Notes: a model not told the origin generated them from the letters alone. A stretch of 63,935 bases of DNA, filler included, from an uncultured Methanoregulaceae archaeon (GCA_964530035.1; 3 parts of 3 records of this genome joined end to end with filler, not necessarily neighbours in it), one strand, 5' to 3'; numbered from the whole stretch's first letter, positions 19,758 through 29,534 are shown. Numbers and translations: made by a program.

Positions 19758-20062
19758 ACAAGGTTCAATAGGAATAATGGGAACATGTCCCAGGAACCAG
19801 GTATTACTGGTCAATTTCCCCCATGCATCATCCCCCTCGCGCTCACTGTCCAGACCTGCTGTGTCTTCATGAATACCTGAAAGCCAGCCCGCCCGGCCCG
19901 GGAAGTTGAACCAACTCCATTTGTTTTCAAAATGGCTGTCTCCCCGAAGAAAACATATGCAGGGCCGCAGCTCCATTCCACGTCAGGCAGGACCCTTTTT
20001 CCGAAAGGCAGTGACAACGAAAACCCCAAGTAAAGTGAACCTCCCGCCGCCTTCCCCGCCGG

Positions 20063-20767
20063 TTACAGCCGCACGCCATTCGCCCTGGCAAAGGCAAGGA
20101 GGTCATAGGACGGGACAAGCACCGATATCGCAAGCCTGACAGACCGGGGGGAGGGGTACGGGGCATCAGGCAGGACATCGGTGCCGACCTGGGAAGCCAC
20201 CTGCATCCCGATGACGGTCCCGTCCACCAGGAACACCGGGCAGCCGCTCGAACCGCTGTACATCAGGGCGTCCATCTCGTAGCACGGGACCATGGCCCCG
20301 GACGGCGTGCCCTTCATGAAGAACGAGGAGACGAATGAGCCCTGGAACCGCTCGATGAGGTTGAACCGCCTTCCCGTGTCCAGGAAATCGACCGTGGAGA
20401 GCGGGAACCCGAGCGAGCCGCAGGAGGTCCCGGGCATGACCGGGTCCTGGCGCAGGGTGAGACAGTCCGACGACCGCGGGTGTTCCATGCGGAAGAGGGC
20501 GATGTCCCGCACCGGGTCCACGGCGACGAGGGACATGGGTTCCATGGTGGTGCCGACGTCCGGTGCCCGGACCGCCTCGAACCGCTGGTGATACGGCCGT
20601 GACCAGTCGTTGTCGACATGGGTCATGTGCCCGGCGGTCAGGAGGACCCCCGGGGCGACCATGAACGCCGTACCCTGCGAACAGACGGTCCCGGCCGCCG
20701 GGGTATCAGAGGTCCCCATGACCCCGTACACCGCCCTCCGCACGGTAAGGCAGGTCTTTGAAAACAT
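20063..20767 (-). CDS. Trypsin-like serine protease, no signal peptide
   Basis: GTAF...LTAGHM, RDIALF, GFP, YSGSSGCPV (His-Asp-Ser). Confidence 0.88.
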   Translation of the reverse strand: MFSKTCLTVRRAVYGVMGTSDTPAAGTVCSQGTAFMVAPGVLLTAGHMTHVDNDWSRPYHQRFEAVRAPDVGTTMEPMSLVAVDPVRDIALFRMEHPRSSDCLTLRQDPVMPGTSCGSLGFPLSTVDFLDTGRRFNLIERFQGSFVSSFFMKGTPSGAMVPCYEMDALMYSGSSGCPVFLVDGTVIGMQVASQVGTDVLPDAPYPSPRSVRLAISVLVPSYDLLAFARANGVRL

Positions 20768-20983
20768 CAGGCATGTCCGTTTTGGAAAAGAAGGCTAAAA
20801 ACGTATCTCTTTGGCCCCGGCAGTACGGGGGCCGTGGTCCGCCCGGACAGGCCGGTACCTTCCCCTCCTTCCCCGACCGATACCCTTATCGGCATAAGGG
20901 TAGAGTCCCATCTGTTTTTTTCCGCCCACCCCGATACGTATCTCAGTCTTTCTTGAAAAACCAACGAAAAGGAGGTGAAATGA

Positions 20984-21478
20984 ATGAAAACACCCGCGAA
21001 ATGGATGGTCATCGCCCTTTTACTCTGCATCGTGGCAGCCGCGGCAACAGCCGTCGCCAGTGCCGCCCCCGGCGGCAAACCACCGGCAACGCCGAAAAAG
21101 GTCGTGAAGATGGTGGTTACCGGCAGCACCATGACCCCGCTGGCCGGGGCCGTCGAGAACCTTGCGATGGACGACGGCCTCCATGTGTACGACCGCTCCA
21201 GCTACATGCTCGGGCTCCTGATCGCGGAGGCGAACCTCATGAAGGCATACGGGAGCGAGGAAGCCCGTGAACAGGCCCATGGGACGATCAAGAACCTGAC
21301 GTCCGAGTTCAATGCTGATGTCTGGATCCATTTCAACAGTACTCCCGAAACAACGACCGTCACGATCAGGGCAGGAAACAAGGTACGGGTCCTCACCTTC
21401 CCGACTCCCCGCCCGGGACCCGAGACCCAGGCACGGGCAGCCGAGGTCTACAACGCCGCGACAAGGATGCTCGGGTGA
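20984..21478 (+). CDS. Secreted hypothetical protein
   Basis: Signal peptide; GGAGGTGA RBS. Confidence 0.7.
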   Translation: MKTPAKWMVIALLLCIVAAAATAVASAAPGGKPPATPKKVVKMVVTGSTMTPLAGAVENLAMDDGLHVYDRSSYMLGLLIAEANLMKAYGSEEAREQAHGTIKNLTSEFNADVWIHFNSTPETTTVTIRAGNKVRVLTFPTPRPGPETQARAAEVYNAATRMLG

Positions 21479-21757
21479 GCCGCCCGGCAACCGCTCCCTT
21501 TTTTCCGGCACGCTCCGTTGGGGGAGGATATTGCAGGGTATACCTGGTTGCCGTGAAGACCTGCCGATGAACTGTTTCTGCTGATCCATCAAACCGGATC
21601 CTGATCAGAGTGCACTGAAGGACTGGATAAAACCCTGGTTTTGGTATATTGAAGAAATTAAGGCCTTGTTGTATGCCTTTTCCTGGTGCACACCTTCAGG
21701 GACATGAAAACCCTTATCCTGTGGGAATGCAATGCCCTCGTTCAGGGGGAACCAAAC

Positions 21758-22270
21758 GTGTCAGAGTCATCAGTACTTCTTGCCGTTAGCCTGAGTTTTG
21801 TACAGCTTTTGTTCGCATTAATCGTGGCCGCACTGGGTGGCTACGGGGCATACCGGCTGTTCTCGCACCTGACAAAGGGAATGGATGAGGCAGCGGAGCT
21901 GAAAAAAGGGAACATCGCCGTCGGTATCGTCGTCATGTCGGTCATGGTGGCAATGGGGATCGTGCTCCAGGCGGGTATTTCCGGGATTTCTTCAGGCATC
22001 GACTATGCCCTCAAGGTCGGGCTGATGACACCGATGGGACTCATCTCGATCGGGGTGGCATTCTTGCAGTTCATCGTCGGGGCTGTACTTGCGGTCCTTT
22101 CGGTCCTGTTCAGTTTCACGGTCTTCAACAGGCTGACCCGAGAAGTCGACGAGTTTGACGAGGTCGCGAAGGGAAACATAGCAATTGCCCTTCTCATGGC
22201 AGGTATCGCGATAATGACGGCTCTTCTGGTACAGGTGGGAATCTCGGGCATTACCCAGGCCCTCTTCTGA
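21758..22270 (+). CDS. DUF350 family membrane protein (two repeats)
   Basis: DEAAELKKGNIAVGI / DEFDEVAKGNIAIAL. Confidence 0.85.
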   Translation: MSESSVLLAVSLSFVQLLFALIVAALGGYGAYRLFSHLTKGMDEAAELKKGNIAVGIVVMSVMVAMGIVLQAGISGISSGIDYALKVGLMTPMGLISIGVAFLQFIVGAVLAVLSVLFSFTVFNRLTREVDEFDEVAKGNIAIALLMAGIAIMTALLVQVGISGITQALF

Positions 22271-22279
22271 AGGGGGGGA

Positions 22280-23299
22280 ATGATGCACCTGTTTCATCAT
22301 CTGCTCATCGGGGTGCTTGTATGTATGTTATCCGGGTTTGTTTCGGCCGGTGAACACCCTTTTAGCTTCGACCCGGCGACTGAACGGGACTATGACGCTT
22401 TTGGAGGTTTCTTCGACCGTGACGGACAATATATCGACCCATTTGGAAACGTCGTGGACAAGTACGGGGAGCTTGTCAGGAACTCCTATAACCCTTCATC
22501 AGACACCTACACGGACAGTAAAGGGAAAGTGTACGGCCCCGGACCCCTTTCAGGGAACCTGAAGCCCGGCGAATGGCATTTTACGAACTACAAGAAGTAC
22601 GTATATGCCTGGCCCACGGCACCTGTCTCCCTTGCCTATACTTCCCAGGGCGTGCTGAAAGGTACGTTCACGAACTCGAAGGGCCAGAGCACCATTCTCA
22701 GGATCTGGCAGACACGTCGCTACGTAGGGAGGGACCCTGAAACTATTTCGCTCAACCTCCGTTCGATGCGTGACCCAGTGACCAAGGAGCCACTCTATTC
22801 TGATGCGGATGCCACAACTGCCGTTGCAAAACTGTTGCTCGATGAAAAGGTCATCGATTCGGACGGGTACATGACCAGTATCATGGGGACCTTCAATCCC
22901 CCGGGTTCCGTCTCAAACTGCCTGTGGTACGCACAGTTTGAAGGATTCGCATTCAACAACGGAAAGCGGTTTACGGTAAGTTACCAGCGTTGTGCAGTCT
23001 GCGAAAGAACGACGGACAAGAACTCAAATGTCCCTGGATATGTCCCTGATGCGTACGCAGGTGAAGAGACCGGGCTTTGCGATATCATGTATAACGATAA
23101 AGGTGAGGGAGTAATTCACACAGCGTCATTTGAGATGGTCCCGCTGAACCTCGCCGGGGACTGGCTCGGGGACGGGCAACAGGTTGATGACCCTCAGCCA
23201 TCGCCACCGACGGGTATCCCGTCCGGAAACAACCCTTTCTCCCAAAAGAAGAGGGATCCTTCCACCATAATCACAATAACTACAAAGAACAAGAAATGA
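22280..23299 (+). CDS. Secreted hypothetical protein
   Basis: Signal peptide; 339 aa; starts 9 nt after the DUF350 stop. Confidence 0.75.
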   Translation: MMHLFHHLLIGVLVCMLSGFVSAGEHPFSFDPATERDYDAFGGFFDRDGQYIDPFGNVVDKYGELVRNSYNPSSDTYTDSKGKVYGPGPLSGNLKPGEWHFTNYKKYVYAWPTAPVSLAYTSQGVLKGTFTNSKGQSTILRIWQTRRYVGRDPETISLNLRSMRDPVTKEPLYSDADATTAVAKLLLDEKVIDSDGYMTSIMGTFNPPGSVSNCLWYAQFEGFAFNNGKRFTVSYQRCAVCERTTDKNSNVPGYVPDAYAGEETGLCDIMYNDKGEGVIHTASFEMVPLNLAGDWLGDGQQVDDPQPSPPTGIPSGNNPFSQKKRDPSTIITITTKNKK

Positions 23300-23581
23300 A
23301 CAGGACCCGTAACATACCCAGCGAAAAATTGCCCTTCCTTTTTTCCCAGCATTCTTTCGCCTGGTAGTGCTCCTTTACGAATACTCATCCCGGTAGCATG
23401 AATATTTTAAGTTCACCTGTGATTTCCGATCCTCCTCATCAAAAAGCATGCAAAGCCGGTCGCAGGGAGACCCTGGGGGGGTGGCCCGGATTATTCTGAC
23501 AACCAGGTGAAACGGTCTTCCAGTCGGACGAGTCCCTGGATTGGCTAAGGCCGGGTCTCTGCCCGCAATAACCCGGCGACT

Positions 23582-23620
23582 GAAAAAAGAGAGAGGCCCG
23601 GTCCGGGACTCCCCCGGACC
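23582..23620 (-). terminator. Hairpin plus T-tract terminator after the sheath-like gene
   Basis: GGTCCGGG-5nt-CCCGGACC (23600-23620) followed on the minus strand by a pyrimidine/T tract. Confidence 0.55.
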
Positions 23621-23642
23621 AAGGTCATTTTTGACGACCTGT

Positions 23643-24494
23643 TCACAGGCTGAACCCGGACCTCGAGGCGTACTGCTTCGAGAGTTTCGCGACCATCCCG
23701 GAAACGGTCGCCTTGTCGGTGAAGACGCCGGATACCGAAGGCTTTGGAATGAAGTCATCGCTCCAGCCGCGTTCCTCCTTGACCGAGATGCCGAACTCGG
23801 TACCGAAGGTCCCCATGGCGTACCCGACGCCTGCGGAGGCGTCAGGCTTCACGTCGAAGTTGTAGTTCAGCTCGGCAGGAGTATCTGCAGTGGCTGCGAC
23901 CGTCCTCGTCCGTGCCGATGAGGACTGGGCGGCTGACGTGACGCCCTGGCTCATCGATTTCGCATAGACGACGTTGCAGAATGCCGGGAACCAGAAACTC
24001 TCGGACGGACCGAACGGGCAGGCGATGACATCGGCGGTACTGGTAATCTCGCCCATGTTGTCCACGGTGACCGACTCTGCGGCCTGGGCAATGCTGCCGG
24101 TGTTTGCGTCGGTCGCATAGGTGAAGGTCTTCGTTGATTCGACGTTGAAGAGACCGACCGCCTTGTCCCTGGTGTCGGTGTCGAAGGTCTTGGTCTCGGA
24201 GACGTACCCGCCGTTCGTTTCCGTCATCTCGGAGTAGGCGGTGGTCGAACGGACCTCGTGGAGGTCGAGGAGACCTGTGTGGAGGCCGCCGCTACCGCCG
24301 CCTGCGGGGTCATACCCCGTCGTCCACTGGAGGGCCTGCGAACCTGAGTATGAACCGATCGCCTCGACTGACGAGGCCTCCGAGAAGACCTGGTTTTCCG
24401 GGGTCTGGTTCGGGAGCCGGTCTGCCGCGGCGGTCCCGGCGAGCATTACGAGGAGAATAACAACTATGAGGTTAAACCATGCTTTTTTTTTCAT
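23643..24494 (-). CDS. Secreted Ser/Thr-rich protein, sheath protein MspA-like (short paralog)
   Basis: Signal peptide then DRLPNQTPENQ; CPF...PAFCNVV; C-terminal YASRSGFSL; family assignment from recall. Confidence 0.65.
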   Translation of the reverse strand: MKKKAWFNLIVVILLVMLAGTAAADRLPNQTPENQVFSEASSVEAIGSYSGSQALQWTTGYDPAGGGSGGLHTGLLDLHEVRSTTAYSEMTETNGGYVSETKTFDTDTRDKAVGLFNVESTKTFTYATDANTGSIAQAAESVTVDNMGEITSTADVIACPFGPSESFWFPAFCNVVYAKSMSQGVTSAAQSSSARTRTVAATADTPAELNYNFDVKPDASAGVGYAMGTFGTEFGISVKEERGWSDDFIPKPSVSGVFTDKATVSGMVAKLSKQYASRSGFSL

Positions 24495-24686
24495 CGACGA
24501 CCTCCAAAGGCGGAAGGGGTGAATGTGGAACAGAGGCTTCTTTTTCCGTCATAAAAAACCTGCTGAAATGAATTGGAGGCCGGGGAAAGAAGGAAATTTT
24601 ACTGGTGTAATTCAGGTACGAACGAACGGCTATACAGGGCTCTCTTGGACGGGAAGAAAAAAGGAGAATGCCGTGGCTCTTCAGGA

Positions 24687-25802
24687 TCACAGCCCGAACC
24701 CGGACTTCGAGGCGTACTGCTTCGAGAACTTCGCGACCATCCCTGCCACCGTCGCCTTGTCGGTGTAGACGAGCGTTGCAGACGGCGTCCAGTTCCCGTC
24801 GCGGCCCTCCTTGATCGAGACCCCGAACTCTGTCCCGAAGGTCCCCATGGCGTACCCGACGCCTGCGGAGGCGTCCGGTTTCACGTCGAAGTTATAGTTC
24901 AGTTCGGCCGGAGTATCGGCACTGGCAGCGACCATCCTGACCTGTGCGGACGACGACTGTGCGGCGGAGGTCACGCCCTGGCTCATCGACTTCGCATACA
25001 CCACGTTGCAGAACGCCGGGTAGATCTCGCTCTGGGAAGGCCCGAACGGGCAGGCGACGACATCGGCGGTCGGCGTCGGGGCGCCCATGTTGTCTGTTGC
25101 GACCATCTCGGAAGTCTGGGCGATGCTGCCGGTGTTTGCATCGGTCGCATAGGTGAAGGTTTTCGTTGATTCGACATTGAACAGACCCACCGCCTTGTTC
25201 CGGGTGTCGGGGTCGAAGGTCTTCGTCTCGGAAACGTACCCGCCGTTCGTCTCCGTCATCTCGGAGTAGGCGGTTGTCGCCCGGACTTCATTGGGGTCGA
25301 GTATGCCTGTGTGGAGGCCGCCGTGGCCGGAAGTCTGTGCCGGGGTGACCTCGCTCGGGCCGTTACCTGTCAGGAGTTGGCCAAGGTTCTGGTACGTTGC
25401 CCCTGAGACCAATCCCCCGGCGTTTGGTTTCGTTAAAAGGGATTCTGGAATATACAGGGCGGTAATATACAACCCGTTATTAGACGTGGTTTCAAGCGAA
25501 CCTCCCTGGGAACGGAGTTCGTTTTCCAACAATGCAATATCTTCACTATTCGACTCGATTCCCTGACCTCCCGACAGCACATATCCATAGATTGCCTGCC
25601 CACCTACGGTGACCGGGTCATACCCCGTCGTCCACTGCAGGTCCTGTGACCCGGAGTACGACCCGATCGCCTCGACCGACGAGGCCGCCGAGAAGACCTG
25701 GTTCTCGGGTGTCTGGTTCGGGAGCCGGTCGGCGGATGCCGTCCCGGCGAGCAGTACGAAGAGAATGAAGACTGAGAAGAGGAAAGATGCTGGTTTTTTC
25801 AT
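24687..25802 (-). CDS. Secreted Ser/Thr-rich protein, sheath protein MspA-like (long paralog)
   Basis: Near-identical core to 23643-24494 plus an insert of about 90 aa; GGAGG RBS before ATG 25802. Confidence 0.65.
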   Translation of the reverse strand: MKKPASFLFSVFILFVLLAGTASADRLPNQTPENQVFSAASSVEAIGSYSGSQDLQWTTGYDPVTVGGQAIYGYVLSGGQGIESNSEDIALLENELRSQGGSLETTSNNGLYITALYIPESLLTKPNAGGLVSGATYQNLGQLLTGNGPSEVTPAQTSGHGGLHTGILDPNEVRATTAYSEMTETNGGYVSETKTFDPDTRNKAVGLFNVESTKTFTYATDANTGSIAQTSEMVATDNMGAPTPTADVVACPFGPSQSEIYPAFCNVVYAKSMSQGVTSAAQSSSAQVRMVAASADTPAELNYNFDVKPDASAGVGYAMGTFGTEFGVSIKEGRDGNWTPSATLVYTDKATVAGMVAKFSKQYASKSGFGL

Positions 25803-25983
25803 GATAGACCTCCGCTGATGAAGGAGCGGAACGTGAACTAAAAACTTCGTTTTCCTGTCATAAAAGGCTGCTGAAACAAATTGGGGCCCGGGAAATGGCC
25901 ACATGCGGAGGAGCCGGGGAGATCGTGGCAGCCCTCTCCCCCTCCCGCAGGGTATATCAGCCCTGGGCTGGAACATGGGCAGC

Positions 25984-26424
25984 ATGAGAGCAATCATCTG
26001 TGCCGGGGTCGTCGTGGCCTGCATGGTGCTGGCCTGCGGGTGCGTGGTAAACACCTCTTCGGAAAAGCCCGCGGAAAGCCCTGCAAAGACCCCGGACCTC
26101 GTCGGGAACTGGTCGGGGACGATGGACGGGTACGTCGGGGGGATGGGCTTCAACCACTATCCGGGAGCGGTCATGACCATGAGGGTCACGGAACAGCAGG
26201 GCCGGGTGTTCATGGGCAGTTTCTTCTTCGCGAACACGACCGGAGCCACGAAGACCGTGGAGTTCGGCGGCGTGGTGGACCATGACGGCATGACCGTGAC
26301 CATCGTTGAGCAGAACGGTGGTTACAGCTGGGGCACGCTCCTCGGCCCCGACGAGATCGAGCTGGTCCACGCCGACGACCAGGACCCCTCGGACGTTGCC
26401 ATCGACTCGCTCAAAAGACGGTAA
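25984..26424 (+). CDS. Putative lipoprotein, beta-rich hypothetical protein
   Basis: LACGC lipobox-like motif; PDLVGNWSG. Confidence 0.7.
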   Translation: MRAIICAGVVVACMVLACGCVVNTSSEKPAESPAKTPDLVGNWSGTMDGYVGGMGFNHYPGAVMTMRVTEQQGRVFMGSFFFANTTGATKTVEFGGVVDHDGMTVTIVEQNGGYSWGTLLGPDEIELVHADDQDPSDVAIDSLKRR

Positions 26425-26780
26425 GACCGTCCCCTTTTTTCCCGGAAAGCCAGTCCTTGTTCTTTTGAACATCACTCCCTGAGTCTGCTACAGGTACTGC
26501 CAGGGACAAATTATGAGTTGTTTGTCTTTGATTGAAAATGGCCCGGAGAACATGCAATTTCAACCATCATCCCCCTGAAATAATCCAGGGTCCCGGCCGG
26601 GTTCGATCAAAAGCCGGTCATTCCCTGCTATCGGAAATGGGAGGGTGAAAGAGAGACGGTAAAGGGTGGTCGTGACGACGGGATCATCCGGTTTCAAAAC
26701 GGCTCAATGACGGTCTGGATGTAGTCATGCCAGGTATCCCCTTTTCGTTTCTCATCCTGTTTTCCAGGCCCTCCCGATAT

Positions 26781-26799
26781 TTTTGGGCACCTGCCAAAA
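26781..26799. promoter_or_regulatory. Palindromic operator TTTTGG-N7-CCAAAA (DtxR-family box)
   Basis: 6 nt upstream of the regulator ATG; core repeated before znuA. Confidence 0.65.
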
Positions 26800-26805
26800 T
26801 TAATC

Positions 26806-27261
26806 ATGTCAGGAGTTCAAACCTCTTGCATGAACCCTGAACCCGGCCTTGCCCTTCCGGCCAGGAAGGTGGAATACCTCAAGTTCATCTTCGAGTCGGG
26901 AGGGACTGCCCGGACAAACGATATCGCGTCGGCGTTCAGCGTTGATCCTTCTACCATCACCAAGATGCTCGCAGAACTGACCGAAGGGGGATACCTCCTG
27001 CACACGCCGTACCGCGGCGTCACGCTCACCGAGTCAGGCAGGCGCTATGCCGCATTTCTCATCAGGCGGCACCGTATCCTGAGCCTCATGCTCGTGAGAA
27101 ACGGGCTCTCTCCACAGGAAGCCTGTGATGCGGTCCGGAGGTTCGAGAGCATGGTCTCGAAAAAGACCGTCGACCGGATCTGCCAGTTCATGGGGCACCC
27201 GCAACAGGGTGTCTGCGGGGAAATTACGCATGAAGATGAAGGGATTGCCAAATATGCATAA
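26806..27261 (+). CDS. DtxR/MntR-family metal-dependent regulator
   Basis: EYLKFI...DIA..FSVDPSTITKML..L...GY...PYRGVTLTESG...IRRHRIL. Confidence 0.9.
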   Translation: MSGVQTSCMNPEPGLALPARKVEYLKFIFESGGTARTNDIASAFSVDPSTITKMLAELTEGGYLLHTPYRGVTLTESGRRYAAFLIRRHRILSLMLVRNGLSPQEACDAVRRFESMVSKKTVDRICQFMGHPQQGVCGEITHEDEGIAKYA

Positions 27262-27310
27262 ACCCGGGCTTATTACAATGCCGTTACTTCCATCAACAAC
27301 CCCTGGTCAA

Positions 27311-27330
27311 AATTGGTGTTATACCAAATT
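27311..27330. promoter_or_regulatory. Second TTGG-N7-CCAA operator
   Basis: AATTGGTGTTATACCAAATT just before the znuA start. Confidence 0.6.
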
Positions 27331-27332
27331 CA

Positions 27333-28322
27333 ATGTCCCAGGAGCTGATATTCATGAATGAAAAGAGACCTGCCTCCCATCCGGTGAACAAAGACCGGGC
27401 AACCCGCAGCATGCTTTCATTTCTGGCTGCAGCGGGATTAGTCCTGGTCTGCCTTTCTGCAGGGTGTATCCAGCAGCAGGCACAAAACGGGAATACCTGG
27501 AATGCAACACCGGACCTTACCGTGGGGGTCACCATCCTGCCACAGAAATATTTCGTGGAGCGGATTGCCGGGGACCATGCGAAGGTTATCGTACTCGTCC
27601 CACCGGGAGCAAGCCCTCATACGTATGAGCCTACTCCCGGACAACTGGCTGAGATCAGTTCGGCTGGAGTATACTTTAAGGTGGGGTCCGGCATCGAGTT
27701 CGAACAGGCCTGGATGGACAAGATAGCAGGTGTCAATCCCGCAATGACCGTCGTGGACAGTTCGAGGGGGGTCCTGTTCCTGGAAGGCGCCGGCGATGAA
27801 GACAGGGAGGGCCATTCACACACTACCGGGGACAAGGCGGGAACTGACCCCCATATCTGGCTCTCTCTTAAAAACGCCCGTATTATGGCGGAGAACACGG
27901 AGCAGGGCCTTGCCGCTGCCGATCCTTCCCATGCGGCAGAGTACCGCGCCAATACCGACTCTTTCATCCGGGAACTTGACACCATCGACATGGCCATCGC
28001 CCGGGATATCGCAGGACGCAACACCAGTGCCTTCATGGTCTACCACCCGGCCTGGTCGTACTTTGCCCGGGACTACGGGATCACCCAGATCCCCATCGAG
28101 GCCGACGGAAAAGAACCTACTGCAGCAGGAGTCCGGGACCTCATACGCCAGGCGAAGGAAAAGAACATCACCGTGGTATTTGCGGCGCCTGAATACAGCA
28201 CCAGGAGCGCAGAGGTTGTCGCGGGTGAAATAGGGGGCAGGGTTGCCCTGGTCAGTCCCCTTGAAGAGGACTACCTCAATAACATGAAGAACGCGGCTTC
28301 GGCATTCATGGAGGGATCCTGA
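27333..28322 (+). CDS. znuA: Zn/Mn ABC transporter substrate-binding protein
   Basis: PPGASPHTYEP, DPHIWLS, VYHPAWSYF. Confidence 0.9.
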   Translation: MSQELIFMNEKRPASHPVNKDRATRSMLSFLAAAGLVLVCLSAGCIQQQAQNGNTWNATPDLTVGVTILPQKYFVERIAGDHAKVIVLVPPGASPHTYEPTPGQLAEISSAGVYFKVGSGIEFEQAWMDKIAGVNPAMTVVDSSRGVLFLEGAGDEDREGHSHTTGDKAGTDPHIWLSLKNARIMAENTEQGLAAADPSHAAEYRANTDSFIRELDTIDMAIARDIAGRNTSAFMVYHPAWSYFARDYGITQIPIEADGKEPTAAGVRDLIRQAKEKNITVVFAAPEYSTRSAEVVAGEIGGRVALVSPLEEDYLNNMKNAASAFMEGS

Positions 28323-28324
28323 TA

Positions 28325-28550
28325 GTGGCGGAGAGCCCGGTTATTGAGCTTAGGGATGTCTGGCTGACAAAGGACGGCAGGTCCGTTCTTGAACGGGTTA
28401 ACCTCAGGGTCATGGAGGGCGATGTGTTTGCCATTCTCGGGCCGAACGGGGGGGGAAAGACAACGCTCCTCAAGGTGGTCCTCGGCCTTATCCCCCCTGA
28501 CCGGGGCACCGTCCTCGTCTTCGGAAAGCCCCCGGAAGAGACCCGGCACC
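28325..28550 (+). CDS. znuC: Zn/Mn ABC transporter ATPase, truncated at the contig end
   Basis: ILGPNGGGKTTLLK; runs into the N gap. Confidence 0.85.
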
Positions 28551-28650
28551 NNNNNNNNNNNNNNNNNNNNNNNNNNNNNNNNNNNNNNNNNNNNTTAATT
28601 AATTAANNNNNNNNNNNNNNNNNNNNNNNNNNNNNNNNNNNNNNNNNNNN
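28551..28650. other. Artificial contig join (N pad with TTAATTAATTAA linker)
   Basis: Linker at 28595-28606 places stops in all six frames. Confidence 0.97.
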
Positions 28651-28669
28651 GCCATGGCTATCGTATGCA

Positions 28670-28940
28670 GGGGGTTTGGGGGGCGGCAGCCCCCCGGTTC
28701 TCATCCCTCTCATCTTCTGCAGGTTCAAGATGAAAACCAAAAATCGGCTCTACTGAAACACACATGAACCGGAGTTCACACCGGAACCATGAAAAACACC
28801 ATCCAAAATCTCCTTATTATGAGGCCGTTTTTAGCATTTTCACAGGAAATCCTACGATCAAAATGGCAGCGGATGGAGATCTCTCATACGTGGAGTGAAT
28901 ACCATTGAAGATATGGAGGATTATACAGAGCCGTTGTTTG
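28670..28940 (+). repeat. Dispersed non-coding repeat, copy A
   Basis: Colinear with 44026-44298; shares AAAATCTCCTTATTATGAGGC exactly. Confidence 0.8.
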
Positions 28941-28957
28941 GTTCATCCGTACCCTTT

Positions 28958-29257
28958 TTATCTCCGGTTTCTCAACTCCTTCTCCCTGGCCTCCAGCTCC
29001 ACCGCCACCTGCTCGTCAGATACTCCGGGGTCCCTGAACCGGGTGAACCTCTCGCAGAGGAGATCGGGGCACCTCCCGCAGTGGGGGAATTTCCGCTCGT
29101 TCACACAGCACGAGTACACCGGGCAGGCATCGACACCAACGAATGCCGTCCAGAACGGTCGGCCCTCCGTGGGACTACACCCCGGACATTCGTTCCCAAG
29201 GTGGTCACAATCACTGCAGGAATAGCCACAGACGGTTTCTATCTTCCGTTCGCCCAT
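28958..29257 (-). CDS. DUF3795 family Cys-rich protein
   Basis: CGYSCSDC...CPGC...CPVYSCC...HCGRCPDLLC. Confidence 0.85.
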   Translation of the reverse strand: MGERKIETVCGYSCSDCDHLGNECPGCSPTEGRPFWTAFVGVDACPVYSCCVNERKFPHCGRCPDLLCERFTRFRDPGVSDEQVAVELEAREKELRNRR

Positions 29258-29534
29258 GGTGGATAGAAGGTGGACAAGGATAATCGACCTTGTGGTCAGT
29301 TATTGTCCTCGGTGTGTCATGGTAACGCCAGGAAACGAGCGGAGGTCCCCGTGATCGGATTTTCACCGGCTACCTTCCCGGCACCCGTTGCAGGAGGTCC
29401 GAATCGGGAAGGGGCTGTGATCAGGACGTATACCAGTTTCTTCGTCGTGTTTACCTTCCCTGCGCCCTGTTTTAAAAATCATAACCAATATAAGCCAACC
29501 GGATGATGAGTACTTCCAAACGGAACGTGATTAC

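Noticed and set aside
19760..20060. Possible gene remnant between HEPN and the protease
   Set aside because: Only short frames with no recognisable similarity.
28595..28606. Palindrome TTAATTAATTAA, also at 54748-54759
   Set aside because: Synthetic six-frame-stop linker within N padding; not biological.
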